This document shows positions 28,012-37,174 of a DNA stretch of 46,811 nt, piece by piece. A program made the translations under genes and the position numbers. The notes beneath the pieces are model-generated. The model was not told the origin of the DNA. It saw only the letters and a list, made by a program, of their open reading frames with translations, and searched no databases. Source of the DNA: Candidatus Azotimanducaceae bacterium (GTDB lineage: Bacteria; Pseudomonadota; Gammaproteobacteria; Pseudomonadales; Azotimanducaceae); the NCBI GenBank assembly GCA_047626255.1, contig JBLHRT010000001.1, forward strand, positions 1 to 46,811, read 5' to 3'. Numbering within the stretch: position 1 is the stretch's first letter; each line of letters opens with the position of its first letter.

Positions 28012-28785
28012 CTAGTGCTCGTTGACGAGCGGCTGGTCATCGGGTTCTGATTTGAATGTAAAATAGCTAAAAGCAATGACGACGGCAATTGCCATCAAGA
28101 ACCACTGAACGGCATAGCCACGGTGTTTTTCTGGACTCATACTCGTCACCGGCCAGTGTCGGGCCAACGCTGTTGGCGTCGCCTCGTCTAGACGCAGTAA
28201 ATACGGATAGACGGGAGAGCCTAGCGACGCTTGCAGCACCCGAGGGTCTGCGCTTTGGACAATCTGTTGTCCGTCAATCAATTCGCCCGCAGCGTACTGC
28301 CTATCAACCACTGTAGATACGTAAACATGTGCTGTCAGGGTCAATCGATCAAAGGATGTCGGCGGTATCAACGGCGGATCGTCACGTGTTTTACCCATAG
28401 GTACAAAGCCGCGATTGACCAGAAACGTCATATTTGTCGCCTCGTCCATAAACAGAGCGAGCACCTCGAAGCCTACGCGTCCCGCCAACACTACGTTATC
28501 TTTTAGCAGTGGCTGGCGTTGAGTATAGTGACCGTTGATACGCACGGGCAATCCATCAATTTTGTCTCCCAGCGTTAGCAAAGCAGTCGTTGACAATGGC
28601 ACCTGGTTAACGCGCGCTTCAACAGCCTGCATGAGCGCGAGCTTTTCATCTTCTCGGTCCAGTTGCCAGATCCCCAGATAGACAAACAGCACGAGGCTAG
28701 CCACAGAGAATGTCGCGAGCTTCCAGTTCAAGTTTAGTCGTAAGGGTCTATGCATTCTTTGGTAGGCCAGTATACTTATACACAT
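28012..28785 (-). CDS. SURF1 family cytochrome oxidase assembly protein
   Basis: It has an N-terminal TM segment followed by GIWQLDREDEKLAL and a C-terminal TM segment with HRGYAVQWF. An alternative start is the ATG at 28755. Confidence 0.8.
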   Translation of the reverse strand: MCISILAYQRMHRPLRLNLNWKLATFSVASLVLFVYLGIWQLDREDEKLALMQAVEARVNQVPLSTTALLTLGDKIDGLPVRINGHYTQRQPLLKDNVVLAGRVGFEVLALFMDEATNMTFLVNRGFVPMGKTRDDPPLIPPTSFDRLTLTAHVYVSTVVDRQYAAGELIDGQQIVQSADPRVLQASLGSPVYPYLLRLDEATPTALARHWPVTSMSPEKHRGYAVQWFLMAIAVVIAFSYFTFKSEPDDQPLVNEH

Positions 28786-28828
28786 TCATAAATTTGCCCG
28801 CTCTTTCTATCAATACGTGGATTAAGAT

Positions 28829-29047
28829 ATGTGGATTAAAGTCATCATCGTTTTGCTGTTCATTGCCAACATTGCTGCTCTCGGCACTGCCTTTTATACG
28901 CTGATGCTAGATCAGGGTCGCGGCGGCAATCGCACCGCCAATCTGCTACTCCTGCGGGTGTCACTGGCGGGCCTGCTGCTGCTGTTCGTTGTCTACGGTG
29001 TCTGGAGTGGTGAACTAGGAATAGCTGCGCCTTGGCACGGTGCCTGA
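28829..29047 (+). CDS. DUF2909 twin-transmembrane small protein
   Basis: It is 72 aa with two TM helices and LLRVSLAGLLLL, the usual small cox-cluster companion. It is the only plus-strand gene in the cluster. Confidence 0.7.
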   Translation: MWIKVIIVLLFIANIAALGTAFYTLMLDQGRGGNRTANLLLLRVSLAGLLLLFVVYGVWSGELGIAAPWHGA

Positions 29048-29196
29048 AACGCGGCTTGATACGACACCTTAATCGAATGCTAGATATCTTGTGATACCGC
29101 ACTGCCTGCGCGTCAAGCCCCCAGCTGACAAGGCCGCGCTGCGCGAACAGCCCTATACCAGAACTCCGTCCTAACGCTCAATCCTTACCCTTAGAC

Positions 29197-29221
29197 AAAA
29201 AGGCCTCGCGATTGCGAGGCC
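29197..29221 (-). terminator. intrinsic terminator after coxC (hairpin usable on both strands)
   Basis: GGCCTCGC (29202-29209) - gatt - GCGAGGCC (29214-29221) forms an 8-bp GC-rich stem. The minus strand continues with TTTTT (29201-29197) and the plus strand continues with cttt. Confidence 0.7.
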
Positions 29222-29280
29222 CTTTAAATTGTCTATACCATCAATATCGAACTCATACAGATAGACGTTTATCTGCTTGG

Positions 29281-30183
29281 CTAGCTGCCGAGGATATATA
29301 CAAACAAAAACAAACCTAACCAGACCACATCGACAAAGTGCCAGTACCAAGCGGCAGCTTCAAAGCCGAAGCAATCATCTGGCTTGAAATGACCTTTGAT
29401 AGACCGCATCAGCATAACAAAGAGCATAAAGGTACCGATGGTCACGTGTGCGCCGTGAAAACCTGTCAGCATAAAGAACGTCGCGCCATAGATACCGGCA
29501 GTCAACGTCAATCCTAGCTCAGTATAGGCGTGATAGTATTCCAAGACCTGACAGACTATGAAGGCAACACCCAAAGCGACAGTCGCCGCCAGCCAACCGA
29601 TCAGCTTACGACGGTTACCGTCATTCAATCCATGGTGAGCAAAGGTTACGGTGATACTAGATGTCACCAGCAGCAATGTATTGACGAGGGGTAAACCAAA
29701 CCAGCCCATGGGCTCTTGAGCACCGGGAAAACGCTCGGGGTTCGGTGTGTTAATCAAAGGCCACTCTGGCACATACTCTGGCCAAAGCATATCTGAGGGG
29801 CCGCGGTTACCTTCGCCGCCTAACCAGGGAACGACAAAGGCACGGACATAAAACAGAGCACCAAAAAATGCAGCGAAAAACATCACCTCAGAGAAGATGA
29901 ACCAGCTCATACCCCAGACAAAAGATCGATTCATCTGATCGCTGTAAAGCTTGGCGTGATTCTCCTCAATAACTTTGCTGAACCAGACAAACAATGTCGT
30001 CGCCAGCACCAGGCCTCCGAGCAGCAAGATCCACGAGCCAAAACTGGCACTCTCATCCGCGGTCATGGCATTGAGCATATTGCCCATGCCGAAAACCGTC
30101 AGAAAAAGACCCGCCGATGCAAAGATCGGCAGTTTGCTGTCAGTGGGGACATAATAATGTTCATAGGTTGCATCGTGTGCCAT
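29281..30183 (-). CDS. coxC: cytochrome c oxidase subunit III
   Basis: It is a 7-TM protein with GFHGAHVTIG and WYWHFVDVVW. Confidence 0.93.
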   Translation of the reverse strand: MAHDATYEHYYVPTDSKLPIFASAGLFLTVFGMGNMLNAMTADESASFGSWILLLGGLVLATTLFVWFSKVIEENHAKLYSDQMNRSFVWGMSWFIFSEVMFFAAFFGALFYVRAFVVPWLGGEGNRGPSDMLWPEYVPEWPLINTPNPERFPGAQEPMGWFGLPLVNTLLLVTSSITVTFAHHGLNDGNRRKLIGWLAATVALGVAFIVCQVLEYYHAYTELGLTLTAGIYGATFFMLTGFHGAHVTIGTFMLFVMLMRSIKGHFKPDDCFGFEAAAWYWHFVDVVWLGLFLFVYILGS

Positions 30184-30307
30184 TTTCTACTCTCCATCAA
30201 ACCTTTGCGATCTTCATATTTTGCAAGCATTGCAATCTAACAGTGCAACTTCATTGTATGAGCTACCGTATAAACCGTCGTATGGGCCATTGTGCGAACC
30301 AACTCGC

Positions 30308-30859
30308 TCAATCTGCCGACGCGGCCTGTTCCGGTGCCGTAATATCGAACATTGTATAAGATAATGTGAGCGTTTCTATATCAGCGGGCAAATCTTTGTC
30401 AATTATAAAGCGCAAGGGCATATCAATAGCCTCGCCAGCCGCTAACGCTTGCTGCTCGAAACAAAAACATTCGGTCTTGTGTAAATAGCTCGCTGCCATA
30501 AACGGTGTGACGCTCGGTACAGCCTGAGCGGTCATTTTATAGCTTGCTGGATTACGCGCGAAAAAGCTGGTCTCATTTACTTCGCCAGGGTGTACCTGGA
30601 GAGTGCGCATTTTCGGTCGAAACTCCCAAGGCATGCCCGAGTTATTACTCGCCAAGAACTGAATGGTCACCAGACGGTCACTATCAACGGTCTGGGTACT
30701 GGCCTGAGAATACTGATCGCCGGTCTTGCCATTAAGCCCTGTAATTTCACAAAACACCGTATACAACGGAACCAACGCAAACCCAAAGCCAAACATACCT
30801 ACAGCTACAGCGAAAAGCCGTAAGACCATAGAGTTACTTGAAGTTTGCGCTGTTTTCAT
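30308..30859 (-). CDS. ctaG: cytochrome c oxidase assembly protein CtaG/Cox11
   Basis: It has an N-terminal TM segment and the KTECFCFEQQ copper-binding motif. Confidence 0.9.
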   Translation of the reverse strand: MKTAQTSSNSMVLRLFAVAVGMFGFGFALVPLYTVFCEITGLNGKTGDQYSQASTQTVDSDRLVTIQFLASNNSGMPWEFRPKMRTLQVHPGEVNETSFFARNPASYKMTAQAVPSVTPFMAASYLHKTECFCFEQQALAAGEAIDMPLRFIIDKDLPADIETLTLSYTMFDITAPEQAASAD

Positions 30860-30865
30860 ATCAAC

Positions 30866-32470
30866 CTAACCGTGTGCTTCTTTCATGTCTACTTCATCTG
30901 GCGTCGTAAACGTGTGGTACGGAGCCGGCGAAGCGACAGTCCATTCCAACCCGTGAGCACCTTCCCAAACCTGAGCAGTGGCTTTCTTACCAGTACGGAT
31001 ACACTTGATGACGATAAACAGGAACAGTAGCTGTGAGAAACCAAACAGGAACGCACCAATACTGGAGACCATATTGTAGTCCGCAAACTGCAAGGCATAG
31101 TCAGGAATACGACGTGGCATACCCGCCAGACCAATGAAGTGCTGTGGGAAGAAGGTCACGTTGACACCAATGAAAGACAACCAAAAGTGGGTCTTGCCGA
31201 GAGTTTCGTCGTACATGTGACCCGTCCACTTAGGCAACCAGTAGTACACCGCGGCCATAATGGAGAATACAGAGCCTGGCACTAACACATAGTGGAAGTG
31301 AGCAACGACAAAGTAGGTGTCATGGTACTGAAAGTCAGCTGGCGCAATCGACAGCATCAGTCCTGACAAACCACCGATGGTAAACAGAATGACAAAGGCA
31401 ATGGCGAACAGCATGGGGGTCTCAAACGTCATGGAGCCCTGCCACATGGTGGCAACCCAGTTGAAAACCTTCACACCAGTAGGTACCGCAATCAACATAG
31501 TAGCGTACATAAAGTACAACTCACCGGCCAACGGCATACCAACGGTGAACATATGGTGCGCCCACACGATAAAGGACAAGAATGCGATAGATGACGTGGC
31601 ATAGACCATCGACGCATAGCCGAACAATCTCTTACGCGCAAAGGTCGGGATGATCGCAGACACGACACCAAAGGCAGGCAAAATCATAATATAGACTTCT
31701 GGGTGACCGAAGAACCAGAACACATGCTGGAACAATACGGGATCACCACCACCACCGGCATTGAAGAATGATGTGCCGAAGTGAATATCCATCAGCATCA
31801 TCGTCACGACACCCGCCAGTACCGGCATCACCGCAATCAACAGGTACGCAGTGATCAGCCAGGTCCACACAAAAAGAGGCATCTTCATCAGCGTCATGCC
31901 TGGTGCGCGTAGGTTCAGAATCGTCACGACCACGTTGATCGAACCCATAATCGAGGAGATACCCATCAAGTGGACCGCGAAGATGAAAAACGTCACGCTA
32001 GGTGGCGCGTAATCTGTCGATAATGGGGCGTAGAAGGTCCAACCAAAGTTTGGACCACCACCTTCCATCAACAGCGTGCTGGCGAGCATGGTGAATGCAA
32101 ATGGCAGAATCCAGAAGCTGTAGTTGTTCATGCGTGGTAACGCCATGTCAGGCGCACCGATCATCATAGGTATCAGCCAGTTAGCCAGACCCACAAAGGC
32201 CGGCATCACCGCACCAAACACCATAATCAGACCATGCATGGTGGTCATCTGGTTGAAAAACTCAGGCCGCACCAGCTGCAACCCGGGCTGAAACAACTCA
32301 GCCCGAATAACCAGGGCGAAGGTACCGCCCAGCAAAAACATACAAAAACTGAACCACAGATATAACGTACCAATATCCTTGTGGTTCGTGGTGAACACCC
32401 AACGCATCAGACCTTTGGCCGGACCATGGTGATGATCGTCGTGATGACTTTGTTCAATAATTGCGCTCAT
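30866..32470 (-). CDS. coxA: cytochrome c oxidase subunit I (aa3-type)
   Basis: It is a 534-aa heme-copper oxidase subunit I (WFFGHPEVYI, HHMF, VAHFHYV). Confidence 0.97.
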   Translation of the reverse strand: MSAIIEQSHHDDHHHGPAKGLMRWVFTTNHKDIGTLYLWFSFCMFLLGGTFALVIRAELFQPGLQLVRPEFFNQMTTMHGLIMVFGAVMPAFVGLANWLIPMMIGAPDMALPRMNNYSFWILPFAFTMLASTLLMEGGGPNFGWTFYAPLSTDYAPPSVTFFIFAVHLMGISSIMGSINVVVTILNLRAPGMTLMKMPLFVWTWLITAYLLIAVMPVLAGVVTMMLMDIHFGTSFFNAGGGGDPVLFQHVFWFFGHPEVYIMILPAFGVVSAIIPTFARKRLFGYASMVYATSSIAFLSFIVWAHHMFTVGMPLAGELYFMYATMLIAVPTGVKVFNWVATMWQGSMTFETPMLFAIAFVILFTIGGLSGLMLSIAPADFQYHDTYFVVAHFHYVLVPGSVFSIMAAVYYWLPKWTGHMYDETLGKTHFWLSFIGVNVTFFPQHFIGLAGMPRRIPDYALQFADYNMVSSIGAFLFGFSQLLFLFIVIKCIRTGKKATAQVWEGAHGLEWTVASPAPYHTFTTPDEVDMKEAHG

Positions 32471-32485
32471 CGTTGAATCTCCTGA

Positions 32486-33625
32486 CTACTCGCCGCTCAT
32501 CATTTCGTTTACTTCCCGAGGCTGGATGAGATCACCCACATCATTACCCCAGGCATTTCGTTCGTAGGTAACTACAGCTGCAATCTCAGCCGCATTCAAC
32601 TGCCCCTTAAAGGACTGCATGGCGCTGCCAGCTTTACCGTTAATCACAATATCTATGTGCGCATCGATCGGACCAACCGCCAACCCCTGTCCCACCAATG
32701 ATGGGAAAGCCGGTGGTATGCCCTGACCATTCACCTGATGGCATGCCGCACAGACGCGTTTATAGACTTCCTCGCCCTTGACCATTAATTCTTCCTGGGT
32801 CCATTCTTTACCCACGGTTTCATAGACCGCCAAGGCCTCCGCCTGCTTGTCTGCCATCCAAGTGTCGTACTCAGCACGCTCTACAACCCGCACAACGACT
32901 GGCATAAAACCATGATCTTTGCCGCAAAGTTCAGCACACTGGCCCCGATAGATACCGGGTGTGTCAACCACCGTCCAAGCCTCGTGAATAAAGCCTGGAA
33001 TAGCGTCACGCTTAACCGCGAAGTCAGGTACCCACCAGGCGTGTAACGTATCGCCGGAGGTCACCAAGAAGCGCACTCGAGTATTCACAGGAATAACCAT
33101 CTCATTGTCGACATCGAGCAGATAATGCTCACGCTTGCGGGCCAGGTTGTTGACCTCATCACGATCCGTCAACAATGAGCTGACAAAGCTGATTTCTTTA
33201 GCGGGGTCGTCGTTCAGATAGGTGTATTGCCACTTCCACTGCAGGCCACGAACTTCAATGTCGATCTCGGCATTGCCGGTATCGTACATATCGCTCAGCG
33301 TACGGGTCGCAGGGACGGCCATCGCGACAAGAATAATCACAGGAATGACGGTCCAGAGGATCTCAATCCTAGTGTTGTCGTGAAAGTCTGCAGGCACCGC
33401 ACCGATAGATTTTCTATGCATCAGCATAGAAAAGATCATCACGCCGAACACTACGACACCAATCACGACGCAAACCCAGAAGATCAACATGTGAAGCTCG
33501 TAAACCTCACGGCTTATCTGAGTCACCCCCTGCCTCATATTCACCGTCCAGTCAGCATAAACCATGCTACTGGACAGTAGCAGCGACAAAGCAACTAACC
33601 ACTTACTCTGCTTTGCTATTTCCAT
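32486..33625 (-). CDS. coxB: cytochrome c oxidase subunit II with fused C-terminal cytochrome c domain
   Basis: It has a signal sequence and two TM segments, a CuA site (HAWWVPDF...CAELCGKDHGFM) and a C-terminal CAACH. Confidence 0.95.
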   Translation of the reverse strand: MEIAKQSKWLVALSLLLSSSMVYADWTVNMRQGVTQISREVYELHMLIFWVCVVIGVVVFGVMIFSMLMHRKSIGAVPADFHDNTRIEILWTVIPVIILVAMAVPATRTLSDMYDTGNAEIDIEVRGLQWKWQYTYLNDDPAKEISFVSSLLTDRDEVNNLARKREHYLLDVDNEMVIPVNTRVRFLVTSGDTLHAWWVPDFAVKRDAIPGFIHEAWTVVDTPGIYRGQCAELCGKDHGFMPVVVRVVERAEYDTWMADKQAEALAVYETVGKEWTQEELMVKGEEVYKRVCAACHQVNGQGIPPAFPSLVGQGLAVGPIDAHIDIVINGKAGSAMQSFKGQLNAAEIAAVVTYERNAWGNDVGDLIQPREVNEMMSGE

Positions 33626-34089
33626 CCCAAAACTCCACTATTTAAATAAACGCTTTTCAGACCCAATCATTGGACTGAAGACTGATACCTAACCTACCTT
33701 ATGTCTTTTACTCGGGCTCTAGCCGCTCTATCAACTCGCTTGTGCACCCATTCCGCTCGTTGATGCAGGTCTGTTGAGAACACGTATATCAATACGCATC
33801 CTACTCCGCATCGGACGTCTGCTTTCAACGTGTTAGTCATCGCCAGGGGTAACGTAACGCTCGACGCTGACTAAAGATGGCGACTACTCCACCGTCAAAC
33901 GTCTCATGACGATGTCACATAATAGCACGAAGATTTTCTGCCACCCGCCAATCACGCACGTCTATGGCCAGAAAACCGGCGCAATTATATCAATGCGCGG
34001 CGGTTTCTCAAGCTGCAAAGCCTTTTTGTGTGGGCTTTTGCTGGAATTACATAGTCTTTTAACTTAATCCAAAGTGTGTGGGGTGAATT

Positions 34090-34788
34090 TTGCAGCTAAC
34101 GTTGTACTATATCGCCATCATGGACACATCCAACATTCGCCAAGTAATCACCGAAACCCTCCTGCTGTTTGACCCTGTCAACGGCGCGGCGGCTATGACG
34201 ATACGGCTGACAAAAATCAGCAAACCATTTGGCTTACCTGACAATGCCCACAATCGGGAACAGATTTTTGGCATGCTGCTCGACTATATCCAAAGCGTGC
34301 CTGGCCAACTTGCAGGGCTGCATGTTGTTGGCGAGCGATATCACATTATCGATCTGCTACAACCCTTTATCGATCTATCAACCAATTATCTCGCTGCCAC
34401 CTGTCGCAGCCTAGAGGTCTCGCCACAACACATGCCTGACGAGCCGCTAGATACCAGTCCGTTAATGGCATTATTGCAAGGCGCCTACATCTTTAATCGC
34501 CTACTCGAGGAGCTCAACGATGAAATCCAGAATTTTATTGGCATTCCGTTAACGGGGGCCAACACCATGACAGCCAACCTTATTGTCCACGATGTGATCG
34601 GCGATAGTTTCGCTAACCGCCTCGACAAAATCATTGATGCCTTGATCGCCCGATCAGCGATCACCAAATCCATCATTGAGGCGGAACTCGCCAGCGCCCA
34701 AGTCATGTCTTTGAAGAAAGAAAGCTGCGCCCTCAGTGGCGAGAAAATTGAGGACCTAGCGGGGCGTCACAATCTCACTCTATTTTAG
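34090..34788 (+). CDS. hypothetical protein with no family recognised
   Basis: It is a 232-codon open frame with no competing frame. The start is uncertain: either the TTG at 34090, with GGGG about 6 nt upstream, or the ATG at 34120. I see no TM segments or signal peptide. Confidence 0.55.
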   Translation: MQLTLYYIAIMDTSNIRQVITETLLLFDPVNGAAAMTIRLTKISKPFGLPDNAHNREQIFGMLLDYIQSVPGQLAGLHVVGERYHIIDLLQPFIDLSTNYLAATCRSLEVSPQHMPDEPLDTSPLMALLQGAYIFNRLLEELNDEIQNFIGIPLTGANTMTANLIVHDVIGDSFANRLDKIIDALIARSAITKSIIEAELASAQVMSLKKESCALSGEKIEDLAGRHNLTLF

Positions 34789-34823
34789 CGCTTAACTGCA
34801 GTTGCCCTTAACTGTATTAGCCA

Positions 34824-35042
34824 TTATGAGTCCAATAGCTTAATTGGCTGCCAACTGCCTAACTGCGCAGCAATGTCCTCCACGACCGGGCCCTCATCAC
34901 TGAGACTATCAAGGCGCTCGCTGAACTCACAATCGTTGCAGTGCCGACTTTGAACATCAGCCTCAGTCAGCACATACACCTTGTCCTCGACTCCACACTG
35001 GGGACAGACAGCACCCGCAATAAAACGCTTCTTATTGTTCAA
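34824..35042 (-). CDS. yheV: YheV-family zinc-ribbon protein
   Basis: The TTG start at 35042 is preceded by AGGAGG with a 6-nt spacer. The translation (M)NNKKRFIAGAVCPQCGVEDKVYVL...CNDCEF matches the YheV pattern (KRFIAGAxCPxC...C..C). The longer 148-aa track ORF would overlap prlC by 239 nt. Confidence 0.7.
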   Translation of the reverse strand: MNNKKRFIAGAVCPQCGVEDKVYVLTEADVQSRHCNDCEFSERLDSLSDEGPVVEDIAAQLGSWQPIKLLDS

Positions 35043-37083
35043 GAATACCCTCCTGCTGCAGCAGTGCAGTGATTTCAGGTTTTCTACCCATAAACGCGAC
35101 GAACATATCCATGGGGTCTTCAGACCCGCCCTGCTCCAAAATCGACGACAGAAAACGCTCACCGGTTTGGCGATTGAAGATACCATCGGCCTTAAAGCGC
35201 GAGAACGCATCGGCAGACAATACTTCTGCCCATTTGTAGCTGTAATATCCAGCGGCGTAGCCACCGCCAAAAATATGCCCGAAGCCGTGCTGAAAACGAT
35301 TAAACGGTGCCGCTTGAATCACAGCGACCTGGGCACGCACCTCATCAAGCACACGCTGAATCTGTTGTTCCTGCTGCGGATCGAACTCACATCGCAGTCG
35401 AAAGTCGAACAAGGAAAATTCAACCTGTCGCACCATCATCATCGCCGACTGGAAATTTTTGGCCGCCATGACCTTATCAAGTAAGGCCACGGGTAAGGGC
35501 TCGCCAGTTTCATGGTGACCTGAGATAAATGCCAGCGCTTGCGCTTCCCAGCACCAGTTCTCCATAAACTGACTGGGTAACTCTACCGCATCCCACGCAA
35601 CGCCATTGATGCCTGAAACGTCAGCACACTCAACCCGGGTGAGCATGTGGTGTAATCCATGCCCAAACTCATGAAACAGGGTAACCACGTCATCATGGGT
35701 TAACAGTGCTGGCTGATCGCCTACTGGCGATGAGAAATTACACGTCAAATAGGCGACGGGAAGCTGCAGGCTGCCGTCATTGCGACGTCGACGAATTCGA
35801 CTATCCGCCATCCAGGCTCCCCCTTGCTTGGCTGGACGGGCGTACAAATCTAGGTAAAAACGCGCGATCACCTCGCCGTTTTTTGAGACTTGGTAGGTTG
35901 TTACATCCGGATGCCACGTGGTGATGTCATTGACCTGCAAGATCGTAAGATCGAACAACTGATTGACAACTTTGAACATGCCCTGAATCACGGTGGGCGC
36001 GGGAAAATAAGGCCGCAGCGTTTCATCTGACACGCTAAATCGGCTTTCTTTGAGTTTCTCGGCATAAAACGGTATATCCCAAGGGTCGACAGTTGACGCG
36101 CCAAATGTACTCTGGGCAAACTCACACAGCTGCGCAAACTCTTCGACCGCCGCGTCTCTTGCATGGGTTGCCAGCTGATCCAGAAACGCCAACACCTGAT
36201 CCGTAGACTCTGCCATCTTTGTCGCTAAGGACAACGCGGCAAAATTCTCATAGCCAAGCAAACCTGCCTTTTCTTTCTCTAGGCAGAGAATTTCATACAT
36301 CACCGCTGAATTGTCCCATTGGCCTGCATGGGGCCCCTGGTCTGATGCACGAGTCACATACGCTTCATACATTTCTCGTCGCAAACCCGCATTCTCGCAA
36401 TAACTCATTACCGGCGAGTAACTCGGAAACTCCAACGTCAGCAAGTATCCTTGCATATCCCTTTGTTCAGCCGTTTGCTTGGCTTGCGCTAAGGCGCTGG
36501 GGGGCAAGCCCGGTAACTCACTGACATCAGTGATGAGCTTTGACCATGCCATGGTGGCATCCAGCACATTGTCGTTGAACAATCCTGACAATTCTGCCAG
36601 GCGTTTGTTAATGGCCGCAAACCGCTGCTGGTCCGCTACCGGGAGGTCGATGCCGGATAAGCGAAAGTCTCGCAAGGCGTAATCCAGCGCTTTGCGTCTG
36701 GTTTTCTCTAGCTGGGCATACTCGGGGCCTGCAGCGATGGCCTGATAGGCATGGTACAGGCGATTATTCTGACCCAGCGCCGAGGAATATTCTGAGAGTT
36801 TCGGGCGGCAAGCGTTGTAAGCCTCGCGCAAGTCTTTTGAGTTGACCACCGCGTTCATATGCGAGACCGCGGAGTACGCTTGTTGCAGCTCATCGTCCAT
36901 CTCTTCGATGACACTGACCAAATCTGTCCAGCTCGCTTGCCCGGAACGATCCAACCCATCAAGCAGGGCCTCAATCTGCGCGAGGTTACGCGCCAACCGT
37001 GTTTCGATGGCCGGCACAATATGCTCGGGCTTGATGGCATCGAACGGGGGAAGTTCGTGTTGGCTGAGCAACGGGTTATTCAT
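35032..37083 (-). CDS. prlC: oligopeptidase A (M3 metallopeptidase)
   Basis: It is 683 aa with the HEFGH zinc motif (LFHEFGHGLHHMLT). Confidence 0.95.
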   Translation of the reverse strand: MNNPLLSQHELPPFDAIKPEHIVPAIETRLARNLAQIEALLDGLDRSGQASWTDLVSVIEEMDDELQQAYSAVSHMNAVVNSKDLREAYNACRPKLSEYSSALGQNNRLYHAYQAIAAGPEYAQLEKTRRKALDYALRDFRLSGIDLPVADQQRFAAINKRLAELSGLFNDNVLDATMAWSKLITDVSELPGLPPSALAQAKQTAEQRDMQGYLLTLEFPSYSPVMSYCENAGLRREMYEAYVTRASDQGPHAGQWDNSAVMYEILCLEKEKAGLLGYENFAALSLATKMAESTDQVLAFLDQLATHARDAAVEEFAQLCEFAQSTFGASTVDPWDIPFYAEKLKESRFSVSDETLRPYFPAPTVIQGMFKVVNQLFDLTILQVNDITTWHPDVTTYQVSKNGEVIARFYLDLYARPAKQGGAWMADSRIRRRRNDGSLQLPVAYLTCNFSSPVGDQPALLTHDDVVTLFHEFGHGLHHMLTRVECADVSGINGVAWDAVELPSQFMENWCWEAQALAFISGHHETGEPLPVALLDKVMAAKNFQSAMMMVRQVEFSLFDFRLRCEFDPQQEQQIQRVLDEVRAQVAVIQAAPFNRFQHGFGHIFGGGYAAGYYSYKWAEVLSADAFSRFKADGIFNRQTGERFLSSILEQGGSEDPMDMFVAFMGRKPEITALLQQEGILEQ

Positions 37084-37174
37084 ACAATTGTCCCTACTGA
37101 AATGTCTGCTGAAAGCGCTTTTGAAGAATCTACTATGCCGTCATTGCCCCTCACCTTCTCAATCACTAGGAGGG

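Noticed and set aside
28860-29102. An 80-aa minus-strand ORF antisense to the DUF2909 gene.
   Set aside because: Its translation is Arg-rich and of low plausibility. The plus-strand product has the clear twin-TM DUF2909 pattern.
34824-35270. A 148-aa minus-strand ORF overlapping prlC by 239 nt.
   Set aside because: Only the last 72 codons look like a real protein (YheV). The upstream part has no family resemblance and overlaps the well-supported C-terminus of prlC. A TTG with a perfect AGGAGG explains the gene.
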